Part shown: positions 29,360 through 39,785 of the stretch, piece by piece
How positions within the stretch are numbered: position 1 is the stretch's first letter
Layout: each line of letters starts with the position of its first letter
DNA from: a virus
IMG/VR virus record: IMGVR_UViG_3300027815_000003
Location: 32,001 to 96,000 of that record
Reading direction: 5' to 3' (one strand)
DNA length: 64,000 nucleotides
Position numbers and translations under genes: made by a program
Notes under the pieces: model-generated
The model's database searches: none
Seen by the model: the letters and a program-made list of their open reading frames with translations, nothing else
What the model was told of the DNA's origin: nothing

Positions 29360-29361
29360 AA

Positions 29362-30534
29362 TCAATCACAACGAGACCAACCGCATTTCTTGCACCTCAT
29401 ACATCCCTCTTCAAATACTAATTTACTATTACACTGTAAACAAACCTCTCCTTTAGGAACTTCTGTACCATCTTTTATGTATTTTTTAAGTGTCCTTGCG
29501 ACACCAGATTGCCAAGAAGATAATGGACTTTCTCCATTAGTAAATGAAAGGGACTGTACGGTTGATATAACATATTGTAATGGTTGTCCATGTCTTAATG
29601 CCGCCGAAATTAATTTACCGTATCCCCAGTATTCTTTATTAAAAGCTGTCCCTAAGCCCTTTATAGATATTTCATTCCCATTTTTATCTATATAAATAAA
29701 CTCATATCTCCCTTCCCCCTGTATCCCGCTATTTTTTCTTATTTTACCTTTTTCTACATAAAGAGGAATTGGAAATTGCTCTAATTTACCAGTAAATATC
29801 TCATATGGCTTATTATTTAAAAGTCCCGTAAAAGCAACCCATTTTTCTTTATTATTAATAAATCTATTTACATCAGCATCCAAAATTTTAGGACGTTTCG
29901 GAGCATTATTTTCTTTAAAAATATTTTCTATTTGCACAATTCCAGTATCATTTTCATCTACCAATACACCAGATCTAGAACCATCTCTATAAATAGTAGC
30001 CCCTTTACAACCAGATTCCCAAGCAAAAAAATAAACATCACTAACCATTTCTGGTGTAACTGTTTTAGGTAAATTTTGGGTGCTGCTTATACTATGTGTA
30101 ATTTTAGATTGTATTGCCGACTGTATTTCAATTCTTTTTTTCCAATCTATATCCATAGCTGTAGATTTATAATATGGACTGTCTATTATATTATTTTTAC
30201 CAGTTAAATCCATCCATAATTTTAACTTATTGTGATAAACAACATACTCTTGCCAAGAATCTCCATTTTGGTCTACAAAATCAATTTTTATATTTTTATC
30301 ACTAGGATTTATTTTTCTTCTACGTTTATAAGAAAGAGAATAAACTGGTTCTATTCCAGAAGATGTCTGAGAAAGAATTGACAAACTATTATGAGAAATT
30401 ATTTTATTTTCTAATAAATAGTTATGTGTATTCTCAACTTCTATATCCATAGTATATTCTATACAATCTTGTTTACTTATTATTTCTATTTCTTCGTATT
30501 TTAAATTTGAAATATTAATTATGTTTTCCATCAT
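29362..30534 (-). CDS. nrdJ: IntC half + C-terminal part of class II ribonucleotide reductase
   Basis: DIEVENTHNYLLENKIISHN|SLSILSQTSSGIEP; GCKGATIYRDGSR; C-terminal zinc ribbon. Confidence 0.9.
   Translation of the reverse strand: MMENIINISNLKYEEIEIISKQDCIEYTMDIEVENTHNYLLENKIISHNSLSILSQTSSGIEPVYSLSYKRRRKINPSDKNIKIDFVDQNGDSWQEYVVYHNKLKLWMDLTGKNNIIDSPYYKSTAMDIDWKKRIEIQSAIQSKITHSISSTQNLPKTVTPEMVSDVYFFAWESGCKGATIYRDGSRSGVLVDENDTGIVQIENIFKENNAPKRPKILDADVNRFINNKEKWVAFTGLLNNKPYEIFTGKLEQFPIPLYVEKGKIRKNSGIQGEGRYEFIYIDKNGNEISIKGLGTAFNKEYWGYGKLISAALRHGQPLQYVISTVQSLSFTNGESPLSSWQSGVARTLKKYIKDGTEVPKGEVCLQCNSKLVFEEGCMRCKKCGWSRCD
30388..30534 (-). mobile_element. split intein C-half (49 aa)
   Basis: Ends HN followed by Ser. 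Confidence 0.9.
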
Positions 30535-30535
30535 A

Positions 30536-31726
30536 TTAATTACCCCTTTTTTGATAAATTTGTTTCAATAAACTATTTATTACAATTTCTGGTTCTTTTA
30601 CAAAATCACTTTGCCAAATTATAATAAATTCAACACCAAATTTTTCTTGTGCAATTTCAATTCTTTTTTTATCTTTTTCTCTTATTAAGATATCTTCATC
30701 TTTATTAAATTTTTGTGGATTTCTATGCCAATAATCTCCATAAAATTCAATAGCTAAATTTATATCTTTTATATAAAAATCTGGTTTTATCATTTTAATT
30801 TTTTCACTATTAATAAAAAACATATATTCATTTTTACCATAATATATATATTTAAAATCACTAATTATTAAATCAAATAACCAATTAAATAATTCTAAAG
30901 AAATTTTAGATACTGGTAATATTCTGCTTCTTAACCAGCTAATATATTTATCAAGCCCATTCTTATCCCCATATTTTTTTATTAATTTTTCTAAAGTAAT
31001 TGCATGAGATTTACATATTTCATTATATTTAACTATACCATATTTTTTAATTAAAACTTCTCTATTTTTAGATTGTTTTTGTATCTCCAACCATTTTAAA
31101 TATTTTTCATCACCTATAATTTCACCGTATTTATCTATAAAATTTTCAAGAGAGTTTGATTTTTTCTTATTAGTTTCTATATATTTTTCTTTTCCTTTTT
31201 CTTCGCCGTATATATTAATAAATTTTTCTAAAGTAGACGTACTTTGTCTTTCTGCTAATATTTTTTCTGATTCTTCTTTTGAAAATCCTTTTTCAATATA
31301 ATAACATATTCTGGTGTTATGTTTTCTGTTATTATATTTAGAGTCTTTATTTATTTTTATTTCATCTTTAACTATACATTTCTTACAAAAATCATCATAT
31401 TTTATTTTACCTAATTCTTCGCCATATCGTTTAATAAAATTATCCAAAGAACCAGCTACATTTTTTCTCCAATTATTATAAACTTCTGTCCCTTTTTTAA
31501 TGCCATACTGCTTAATACTTCTTTCTAAAGACATACCAAATTCTCTTTTATTCCTTTTTTCTAAATATAATTTTTCTCCTTCTTCTTTACCATATTTTAA
31601 AATATATTTTTCTAATAAAAAAGCTCTACAAAATTTCCAATATTTTTCTATTGCTTCTTCTTCGCCAAACTCCGATAATAATGCTGCCCATTTTGTTGGA
31701 TATAAAGATATATTTATTTTTCTCAT
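30536..31726 (-). CDS. free-standing Vsr-like homing endonuclease between the nrdJ halves
   Basis: KYG.E.G repeats; KPDFYI..IEFYGDYWH. Confidence 0.85.
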   Translation of the reverse strand: MRKINISLYPTKWAALLSEFGEEEAIEKYWKFCRAFLLEKYILKYGKEEGEKLYLEKRNKREFGMSLERSIKQYGIKKGTEVYNNWRKNVAGSLDNFIKRYGEELGKIKYDDFCKKCIVKDEIKINKDSKYNNRKHNTRICYYIEKGFSKEESEKILAERQSTSTLEKFINIYGEEKGKEKYIETNKKKSNSLENFIDKYGEIIGDEKYLKWLEIQKQSKNREVLIKKYGIVKYNEICKSHAITLEKLIKKYGDKNGLDKYISWLRSRILPVSKISLELFNWLFDLIISDFKYIYYGKNEYMFFINSEKIKMIKPDFYIKDINLAIEFYGDYWHRNPQKFNKDEDILIREKDKKRIEIAQEKFGVEFIIIWQSDFVKEPEIVINSLLKQIYQKRGN

Positions 31727-31756
31727 AACTAAAGCTCCTATAATATTCTTAATTAT

Positions 31757-31785
31757 ATTATATCATACTTTAGTGCTTTAGTAAA
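31757..31785 (-). promoter_or_regulatory. promoter for endonuclease and IntC-nrdJ
   Basis: TTTACT-17 nt-TATAAT with TG extension. Confidence 0.65.
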
Positions 31786-31797
31786 CATTTTATTATT

Positions 31798-33639
31798 TTA
31801 TTGAAGTTTTAATATTTTATCACCTATATTTAAATCTTTTGATTCTTTCCAAATTGCTTCTTTATCGTTTATCTTAACTAAAAATTTATGAGTTTGAGAT
31901 GTCTTTATTACAGAAAAATCATCAAATTTAAATTGATAACCTTTTGTTATCCCATTCCAATATAATTTTGTTATTTTTTGTTTTTGATTATTAAAATCAA
32001 AAACAAATAAATCAATTTTATTATTAAACCACAAATTATTAAAATTTTTTAAATCATTGATATCTATGTTATTTATTTCAAAAATTTCTTTTAATGAAAC
32101 ATTTCCCATATCAGTAATTATTTTCGTCTCCGCATCTAAACACCCCGTAGGGGCACAAGTTGAAATAGAAACATTTCTACGTCCATATTTCATCATTCTC
32201 CCGTACATTTCTGGATATTCATTTTTTAACATTTGAATAAATAAAGATGTATTTTCTATTTCTGAATCAAATCCATCAAATGATCCTCTTTCCACTGCCA
32301 TATCTATAGAAGATTCAAATTCAGATTGACATTTTATAAACATCATTTTATTTATGAATTCTAAAGATTCTTTAGAATCATATTTAAACCCTAATGCAGC
32401 AATAGCGTCAGCCAAAGCGGTAAAACCTAATCCTGTTCTGCGTCCAGATTTACCATTTTTATACAATAATTTCCATGTATCCCTTTCTACACTTTTGATA
32501 TAATCTGGCTCTGTATCTGAATCTATTTTATTTTGTATTCTATCAATTGATTCTAATTCTAAATCTACCAAATCATCCATTAATCTTTGAGATTCATAAT
32601 TATCTTTATAAAATTTTTCATAATCAAACCATGCATTTTTTGTAAACGGATTCCTAATATATCCAAATAAATTAATAGCAATTAATCTACAACTATCCCC
32701 ACCCTGCATCATTATTTCGGAACAGGGGTTCGAAACAAGATTTTTAAATTGTGGATAAACAGAAGAAGTAGAATACCAATGGTGTTTATCTCCAAACATT
32801 AATCCTGGTTCTGCTGATGTCCACGCACACTTGATTATTGTATCCCAAAGTTTTTTTGCATTGATTTTTTTTACTATTTGTGGATTATCTGAATCCACAG
32901 GCCATTGTTGAGTAAATTCTTTATTTTCTTTTACACAATTTAAAAATTCATCAGAGATAATGATAGATACATTAGCCCCAGTAACTTTTTTTAAATCTTG
33001 TTTAATTAAAGCAAATTGTTCTACATCTGGATGTTTTATATCTATAGCAATCATCAATGCACCTCTTCTTCCGTTTTGCGCCACCTCCCGACAGGTATTG
33101 GAAAACCGTTCCATAAAAGAAACAGCACCAGTGGAAGTCATAGCAGCATTAGTCACATTACTTCCTTCTGGTCTAAGAGAAGATATATTAATTCCAGCGC
33201 CCATCCTTCTTTTCATTGCCTGTGCCAATTGTTGATCTGTATAAAAAATACCACCATAAGAATCAAATATTTCTGGAAAGGTAACGCAGTTACTTAAACT
33301 TCCGAAAACATAAGGATTACCTAATAACGCCATAGGGGATCCTTGTGGAATCGGGCCATTAAAATGGTCAAACATATCAAATATTTTTTGTTCTGTTAAT
33401 TCTTCTCTTTCTTGCCCATATTTAGAAAGTTTTGATTTATCTTCTTCTTTTACTTTATAATTTTTCTCTATTCTTGCAAATTCTTTTGCCATACGTCTAT
33501 GCATTTGGGATGGATTTGTTTCTACAAATTCTCCTTTTTCATTACGCATTGCATATTTATTTACAAATACATCTGCTGCTAATTCATCACCATTAAAATA
33601 TTGTAGGCTATCTTTAATAGCATCCTCATAAGTCGCCAT
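31798..33639 (-). CDS. nrdJ: N-terminal part of class II ribonucleotide reductase + IntN half
   Basis: SLSNCV, RRGALM, NPCSE, GLGFTALAD, CAPTG|CLDAET. Confidence 0.9.
   Translation of the reverse strand: MATYEDAIKDSLQYFNGDELAADVFVNKYAMRNEKGEFVETNPSQMHRRMAKEFARIEKNYKVKEEDKSKLSKYGQEREELTEQKIFDMFDHFNGPIPQGSPMALLGNPYVFGSLSNCVTFPEIFDSYGGIFYTDQQLAQAMKRRMGAGINISSLRPEGSNVTNAAMTSTGAVSFMERFSNTCREVAQNGRRGALMIAIDIKHPDVEQFALIKQDLKKVTGANVSIIISDEFLNCVKENKEFTQQWPVDSDNPQIVKKINAKKLWDTIIKCAWTSAEPGLMFGDKHHWYSTSSVYPQFKNLVSNPCSEIMMQGGDSCRLIAINLFGYIRNPFTKNAWFDYEKFYKDNYESQRLMDDLVDLELESIDRIQNKIDSDTEPDYIKSVERDTWKLLYKNGKSGRRTGLGFTALADAIAALGFKYDSKESLEFINKMMFIKCQSEFESSIDMAVERGSFDGFDSEIENTSLFIQMLKNEYPEMYGRMMKYGRRNVSISTCAPTGCLDAETKIITDMGNVSLKEIFEINNIDINDLKNFNNLWFNNKIDLFVFDFNNQKQKITKLYWNGITKGYQFKFDDFSVIKTSQTHKFLVKINDKEAIWKESKDLNIGDKILKLQ
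31801..32142 (-). mobile_element. split intein N-half (114 aa)
   Basis: CLDAETKI..TSQTHKFLV..DLNIGDKI then stop. Confidence 0.9.
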
Positions 33640-33657
33640 TTAATTATTTTTCTCCAT

Positions 33658-36321
33658 TTATATTATTATCTTCCTTTTTATTTCACCATTTACCATTATT
33701 CTCCCGTCATACCCACAAACGAGACACAATTTATTATCCTTTATATATGCAGGATATCCTAATCCACAATCTGGGCAAAACTCTTCACCAGCACCACTTT
33801 GAACTTGTTTTCTTATCGCTGGAATATTATTTTCTATTACATTAGCAAAATCTTGTACATTACCCATAATCTGTGTACCGACATTCCCAACCAATTCACT
33901 ATATGCCTTACAAGCAAGCAAAGAACTAAAAAAACTATTTCCAGAAAATACAGCCTTACCGTTTCTTCTCACCAATAAAATATGATTTGAAACGGTTGCA
34001 CAATATATTTTACCATTATAATTTTCCCAACAGTCTGTTTTAACTTTGTTAGAATAAGGCATATTTTCTTTTTTCAAAACAGCTATTTCATATTTTAAAT
34101 GTTTTACAAAGCCATGTGGAGCTTTTTTACCAATATTATTTATCATATAAATATTTGATCCATAATTTAATTTTATACATAATTCCTGAAATTGATCAGC
34201 TAATAATTTAGATGTTGTACTATATCTTATATTTGTATAAAGTTGAGTCCCGTCCCCTAACATTAATGCATCAAAAATAATTTTAAGTTTATCTGTAGAT
34301 AATTCTAAACACCATTCTGGTATTTTTTTATTCCAAGAATATCTTCCAATTAAATTATCTAATTCTAAAGATAACCTAGTATTATATATCTCAAAATATG
34401 GGGCATCTTTATTTTTATAATTATGCTTTGTATATTTCCAGGGAAGTTTATTGAAACAATTTTCTATTTTTTCGCTTTTCCATCCATCTTTTTGATCTAT
34501 TCTAAAATATGCATTTTTAATACTTCCGTCTTTCTTTTTATGATAAGATGAATATCCTTCTGAGATAGAATATCCTAAAAATTCTAAAAATAAATCAATA
34601 TCTAATAATTCACCAGCCAATTCAACTTTATTTTTTTCTTTACCCCTCCATAATGCAGATTTTTTATATCTATATTGTTTACCTATTATATTTGACGCTT
34701 TTTTAAAATTAAAAAATGAAAAATCTTTACTGTTCCGTGAAACTAACATATTATGATTTGGTGTAACTAATAAATCAACATGATTGTTTTTTTGATGATA
34801 CATTTGGCCAGAATAATTTTCTGAAATAAGTTTAGATGGTTTTTCATATATCAAATATCCGTCTTTATCTAACGAGGCTAATTCATCTTCATAAATGACT
34901 TCTTTCCAAAATTTCCATCCCTTTTTTGTTAAAACTTCTGTTTGTTCATCGTAACATTCTCCGTGCCCATATTTTTTAGTTCTTGGCGCATCATAATTTC
35001 CATTTACACTTATTATCTGTGTATGTTGCATTATATCAAACATATATTCTATTTTTTTAGTATTTATTATTTTACTATAATTAGCTGCAAGAACACCAAT
35101 ATTTGTCCTTCCAAAAACATGACCGTGCCAACAAGATGTTAAACCTCTATCATCTAATTCTGGTCTTGTAGAATCCCAATAACCTCTTGTTATATTAAAA
35201 TTTTCTGACAATAAATTAAAATATTCAACTTGATCATTTGGTTCCCAATTCCATAAAAGTTTTTGAAAAATTTGTATCATTTTTCCAGTTTTTTCATTTA
35301 CCTTAAATATACTTACATGTGTCGGGTCTATTTTTACTCCTATATCAGCACCAGCAATAATAAACCAATCATCACCAAATTCGTGCTTTTCATATTCATC
35401 TAAATTTTTCAAATCATAATTTTCACATTGTTTAAGTGATTCTTCTGTAATATATGAATTTGCAGTAGAATATGGCATCATCATATATTCTGTAGCAAAT
35501 TCTCTTGGATTATTTTTTTGATAATCAAGTAAATATTTTTCAGTTGTTAATTCTGGACATAAAATCTTTCTATCTGGTGTTGGATTTAATGCGGTTAATA
35601 CTATAGGGACAAATCTATCATCATCTACAGCTTTCATCAACATATCATCTTGTGCCATTGGAGTTCCAGTAAGAATACGGATAATATGATCCCCAGTTGG
35701 AATATTATACGCCTCTCCCCAAAATCTATTCTCTATTTTTTCAAGTTGAGATGTATTAAGTGGGTTTTGGGGATCTTTTAAAATATCATCAAATACACCA
35801 AATCTATTTGTATGAACACCACGTTTAGCAGTAAATATTCCACCAGACATTATTTCACATCGTTTATTCCCAACCATATAACGAAATAAATATTCTGCAT
35901 CTTTCTCTGTATCTTTGAACCACTCTCCTAGTTGTTCATTATCAGATATTTGTCTACGCATTTCCCTTAAATGATATTGAGCAAGAGGTTCTATATATGA
36001 CATAAATATGCCACTTAAATTTTTAGTATCTTTTAATGTTTTTAAAAATATCCAGAGAGGAAATGCCTGGCATAATATACTTGTTTTCCAATGATATCTT
36101 GGAGCCATACAAACTATATCTTTATGATTTTCCCAAGCATATTCTGCTTTTTCTGCGATATATCCACAGTGCCATAATTTATAATATTCTGGTTTATCAA
36201 AACTTTTTGAAAAAATATTTACAAGAAATTCTTCAAAACTCCCAACTTTAATACTTGGCCTATTAACCAATCTATCATTTATTAATTTTGTTGCATCTTC
36301 AACTGTTATTAAATCAGACAT
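33658..36321 (-). CDS. terL: terminase large subunit with intein
   Basis: PRYHWKT Walker A-like, VFDDIL Walker B, GTPM, GADIG nuclease motif; C-terminal zinc ribbon. Confidence 0.85.
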   Translation of the reverse strand: MSDLITVEDATKLINDRLVNRPSIKVGSFEEFLVNIFSKSFDKPEYYKLWHCGYIAEKAEYAWENHKDIVCMAPRYHWKTSILCQAFPLWIFLKTLKDTKNLSGIFMSYIEPLAQYHLREMRRQISDNEQLGEWFKDTEKDAEYLFRYMVGNKRCEIMSGGIFTAKRGVHTNRFGVFDDILKDPQNPLNTSQLEKIENRFWGEAYNIPTGDHIIRILTGTPMAQDDMLMKAVDDDRFVPIVLTALNPTPDRKILCPELTTEKYLLDYQKNNPREFATEYMMMPYSTANSYITEESLKQCENYDLKNLDEYEKHEFGDDWFIIAGADIGVKIDPTHVSIFKVNEKTGKMIQIFQKLLWNWEPNDQVEYFNLLSENFNITRGYWDSTRPELDDRGLTSCWHGHVFGRTNIGVLAANYSKIINTKKIEYMFDIMQHTQIISVNGNYDAPRTKKYGHGECYDEQTEVLTKKGWKFWKEVIYEDELASLDKDGYLIYEKPSKLISENYSGQMYHQKNNHVDLLVTPNHNMLVSRNSKDFSFFNFKKASNIIGKQYRYKKSALWRGKEKNKVELAGELLDIDLFLEFLGYSISEGYSSYHKKKDGSIKNAYFRIDQKDGWKSEKIENCFNKLPWKYTKHNYKNKDAPYFEIYNTRLSLELDNLIGRYSWNKKIPEWCLELSTDKLKIIFDALMLGDGTQLYTNIRYSTTSKLLADQFQELCIKLNYGSNIYMINNIGKKAPHGFVKHLKYEIAVLKKENMPYSNKVKTDCWENYNGKIYCATVSNHILLVRRNGKAVFSGNSFFSSLLACKAYSELVGNVGTQIMGNVQDFANVIENNIPAIRKQVQSGAGEEFCPDCGLGYPAYIKDNKLCLVCGYDGRIMVNGEIKRKIII
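33937..34956 (-). mobile_element. intein (340 aa) in terminase
   Basis: CYDEQTEVLT..VTPNHNM..FLGYSISEG..LMLGDG..RRNGKAVFSGN followed by Ser. Confidence 0.9.
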
Positions 36322-36323
36322 TC

Positions 36324-36659
36324 TTATCTAAAAAATTTATTCATAGTCCAGAGTTTTACCCGCCCACCACATTTATGAATTAAATCCCCATCCTGTATTT
36401 TAAATTTTAATACCACACTATTTCTTTTTATCCAAGATTCAAATACTTCGTTTGGCATTGAGCCATATTCAAAAAATGTAAACAAAAAAGGCTCTATACC
36501 TTCTATATCATCTATATACATTGAAAAAATATCTAAACAAAAAGAACATTGTCCTATATAATGTATAGGATTATATTTCCTCTTGTAAAATCTTTTGTAG
36601 CTTGATCTGTATCCTTTTGAGTAATTCTGGATCATCTGGGATTTCCTCCAATAATACAT
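36324..36659 (-). CDS. hypothetical protein
   Basis: ORF track; start uncertain. Confidence 0.5.
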   Translation of the reverse strand: MYYWRKSQMIQNYSKGYRSSYKRFYKRKYNPIHYIGQCSFCLDIFSMYIDDIEGIEPFLFTFFEYGSMPNEVFESWIKRNSVVLKFKIQDGDLIHKCGGRVKLWTMNKFFR

Positions 36660-37071
36660 TAATTAAAGCTTCAACGAATTTCATTTCTATTATCCCTTTT
36701 GCCAACTTATTATATGCTTGTGATGCATCAACAATTGCTTTTGCCGCACCTTCAGCTTTTTCAAAAGGTAGGTATTCTAATTCTTCGTTAGCTTTAACCG
36801 TTATTTTGTTTAGCTTATCCATATGCTCTAATTGATTACGAGCATAATCAGCTAATGTTTGTGTTTGTTTGGTAGTTACATCATTATATGCATTAGCTCT
36901 TGCTAATGCACGGGTTGTTTTCCAATCTCCTTCTTTTGCCCAAGAATTTATTGTTTCTGATTTTATGATAGCATCAAATTCTTCATCTATCTTACTAATA
37001 ACTTGCTGATTATTAATACCTTCTATATATAATTCATAAGCTCTTTTTTTTATTTCTTCTGGATATTTCAT
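36571..37071 (-). CDS. HTH protein, possible terminase small subunit
   Basis: KKRAYELY..TINSWAKEGDW; located upstream of terL. Confidence 0.5.
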   Translation of the reverse strand: MKYPEEIKKRAYELYIEGINNQQVISKIDEEFDAIIKSETINSWAKEGDWKTTRALARANAYNDVTTKQTQTLADYARNQLEHMDKLNKITVKANEELEYLPFEKAEGAAKAIVDASQAYNKLAKGIIEMKFVEALINVLLEEIPDDPELLKRIQIKLQKILQEEI

Positions 37072-37074
37072 TTT

Positions 37075-37524
37075 CTATGTAATTGGTTTAAGTTTTTCTT
37101 CAACGCTAGGACGTGGATATAAATCCCCAGTTATCCCGTCTATGTTAGGTGCATTGGATATGTTGCCGCCATAGGGCATTCCTGAATGGTCTAAAAATCT
37201 ATCTAAATTTACACCTTTACCCCATTTTTTCATACTTCTAAAATTACAAACCACATCTCCATTTTCTTTAGTTGTAAAGCCAACTTCTGGTCTTATACAT
37301 ATACCTTTATATGGTGCTTCAAATTCAGAATAATGACCACCACCAACAACCATTCCACCACGTTTTATTCTTTTACCCTGGTCTAAATCTTTATTATAAA
37401 CACAACCAGATTCTTTACAAAAAATTATTTTGCAATTATCCCAGAATAACAAATTACAAGTTTCATGTGTCGGTAATTTACATTCTTCCCCATATAATAA
37501 ACATTTGTTTTCTTCTTTATTCAT
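37075..37524 (-). CDS. Cys-rich hypothetical protein
   Basis: ORF track. Confidence 0.55.
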   Translation of the reverse strand: MNKEENKCLLYGEECKLPTHETCNLLFWDNCKIIFCKESGCVYNKDLDQGKRIKRGGMVVGGGHYSEFEAPYKGICIRPEVGFTTKENGDVVCNFRSMKKWGKGVNLDRFLDHSGMPYGGNISNAPNIDGITGDLYPRPSVEEKLKPIT

Positions 37525-37587
37525 ATCTTAATTTTTATCCTTTTGTACTTTCTATTATAACATACTTTTAGTCTATTGTAAAGTAAA

Positions 37588-37806
37588 TTATCTAATCATC
37601 CCACTTGGCCCACTATCTGGAGTCCAAATTTGAACTTCTTTCTTTTCTTCTATTTTTTGTTCTTTTGGTTTCTCTTTTATATCAAGAATTTGCGGTAACA
37701 TCCAAACTAGGAAATGTGTAAAATCTGTATGCCTAAAACACATAGAAATTTTACTTTGTTGATAAATTGTATTATTACAATCTGGGACAATACATTTATT
37801 TTTCAT
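37588..37806 (-). CDS. small zinc-finger-like protein
   Basis: KCIVPDC..MCFRH. Confidence 0.6.
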   Translation of the reverse strand: MKNKCIVPDCNNTIYQQSKISMCFRHTDFTHFLVWMLPQILDIKEKPKEQKIEEKKEVQIWTPDSGPSGMIR

Positions 37807-39091
37807 TTATTAATTCTTTTTTTATCCTTTCATATCCATTTTTCAATATTATCATAAGTGTTTCTTTGGGATATAACAATTCAAATTCATCTATTTTATT
37901 TTTACTTCCTTTATCCATATATCCTTTTATCTCTAAATATATCCCTAATTCTGGTAAATAAAAATCTGGAAAATAACGATGTCCATTATTCAATAAAAAT
38001 CCTTTTGGTTCATACAACCATTTAATATTAAACTTATTAAAATAGTCTATCGTTGTTGTTTCCCAAGAACTCCTTGTTAAAATTATTTTATTTTGTTCTT
38101 TTGAAAATCTATAATCTTTTTTGTAAAAATTTCCCAAAGGATTATTTGGGGGTGGATTATTTTTATAAAATTCTTTCATTCTTTTAGACATAATTTCTTT
38201 TAAATAACAACCACAACTAATCGTAATACCATCTAATAAATTTTTTGTTCTTACAAAACTTATTTTTCCACAATCACATTGACATTTCCATCTCACAATA
38301 TTCTTATTCATATCTATATCTATTACTATTAATCTACCAAATTTTTCTCCTATTAAATATCTTTTTCTATCAATAATTGGTATTTTTATATTTTCGTTTT
38401 TACAAAAATAATTTATACAACCAAAAGAAAAAGATAAAATTTTAGATAATTCCATTAAAGAATATTTACCGCTTTTTATTAGTTCTATATTTTCTTTTGT
38501 TAATTGACTTACTTTATTATATTTTACTTTTTGTCTTTCTCTAGTTTTTCCGTGACCTGGGACATAATAACGCAAACATCTTTGTCCACATCCACACTTA
38601 CAATATTTTTTTATTCTTTTTTGTTCTCTATATATATTGGAACTATTATTTTTACAATCTTTGCATAGATAATTTAAACCATCAACAGACATCTTCAATA
38701 TTCCAAACTCATTTTTATTTTTTATAATTTTACATTTATAACAAATTTTAAATCCTTCTGTAATAATTATTTTTTCTGGAACAAAACCATACTTTCTTAT
38801 AAAACAATAATCACTATAACATTTTTTACATATTCTCTGTAAGCCATCTATAAATTTTTTATTTTTTGAAAATTCTGGCTTATTTTTTTTAATATGACAT
38901 TTAGAACAAATTTTAAAATCACTTTCAACTATTATTTCTTGTTCTTTTAATTTTATATATCCATATTTCTTCAAAGAATAATAATCATAATTACATTCTC
39001 TACAACTTCCATATAATCCATCCTTACTTCTTTTTAATTTACCAAATTCACTTTCTTCTTTTTCTACTTTACATTTACTACAAACTTTCAT
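37796..39091 (-). CDS. cassette 2 endonuclease: Cys repeats + PD-(D/E)xK domain
   Basis: MKVCSKCKVEKEESEF; WKCQCDCG; RSSWE..YEPKGF..YFPDFYL..LEIKG. Confidence 0.85.
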   Translation of the reverse strand: MKVCSKCKVEKEESEFGKLKRSKDGLYGSCRECNYDYYSLKKYGYIKLKEQEIIVESDFKICSKCHIKKNKPEFSKNKKFIDGLQRICKKCYSDYCFIRKYGFVPEKIIITEGFKICYKCKIIKNKNEFGILKMSVDGLNYLCKDCKNNSSNIYREQKRIKKYCKCGCGQRCLRYYVPGHGKTRERQKVKYNKVSQLTKENIELIKSGKYSLMELSKILSFSFGCINYFCKNENIKIPIIDRKRYLIGEKFGRLIVIDIDMNKNIVRWKCQCDCGKISFVRTKNLLDGITISCGCYLKEIMSKRMKEFYKNNPPPNNPLGNFYKKDYRFSKEQNKIILTRSSWETTTIDYFNKFNIKWLYEPKGFLLNNGHRYFPDFYLPELGIYLEIKGYMDKGSKNKIDEFELLYPKETLMIILKNGYERIKKELINEK

Positions 39092-39160
39092 TTTTATTCT
39101 CCTTATACAATCTTATGTATACTTATATTATACCACATAATTATAAAAGAAGAAATGTTT

Positions 39161-39310
39161 TTATTTATATTTTTGTATTAAATCCAAAATTGCTTCATCA
39201 AAAAGTTTTGACATTGTTATTCTGGTCTGTTTTGAAAGTTCTTGTAAATTATTAATAATTCCAATATCAATTGAAGTGCAAATTCGTTTTCTGTTTTTTA
39301 AATCCGACAT
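39161..39310 (-). CDS. cassette 2 ribbon-helix-helix protein (49 aa), not in ORF track
   Basis: MSDLKNRKRICTSIDIGIINNLQELSKQTRITMSKLFDEAILDLIQKYK. Confidence 0.88.
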   Translation of the reverse strand: MSDLKNRKRICTSIDIGIINNLQELSKQTRITMSKLFDEAILDLIQKYK

Positions 39311-39390
39311 ATTAAATATACCTTATTCCCAGAGACTGCTTTACTTGTGCAATATGGGTTTATACATTTTAGTTTATTATTTGCCATTAC

Positions 39391-39785
39391 TTATTTCTCC
39401 TTTTCCATTGATATATCTAAAACCTTAAAATCTTTAGGAATTATAATCTTTATATCTTCCCATTTTATTTCTTGTGATTGTAATTTTAATATATTATTTA
39501 TTAAATTATCTCTTATATGCGGTAATCTAAAAAACGCTTCTAAATCATAATCATCTAAGATTATATTAGTATCTTTTATTCTCATTAAATAATTATTTTC
39601 CTTTTGATTTCCCCATCTTCTGTAACTGGTATTTCTGGTTCTTTTATTTTATCCTCTTCTTGTTTTTTATCTTCCATAAGTTCAATTAACTTCTCTGTAT
39701 AAGAAGCACTACTATTAGTATTATTTGTAGTAATAGTTACATAATATATTATTTGTCCTTTTTCATTTACAAAATAATTATTCAT
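39391..39785 (-). CDS. two small hypothetical proteins (39391-39585, 39585-39785)
   Basis: Packed ORFs. Confidence 0.5.

Noticed and set aside
4018-29364. Genome-wide TGA recoding
   Set aside because: TGA ends complete genes, e.g. DUF192 (4018), EndoVII (22967) and nrdJ-C after its terminal zinc ribbon (29362).
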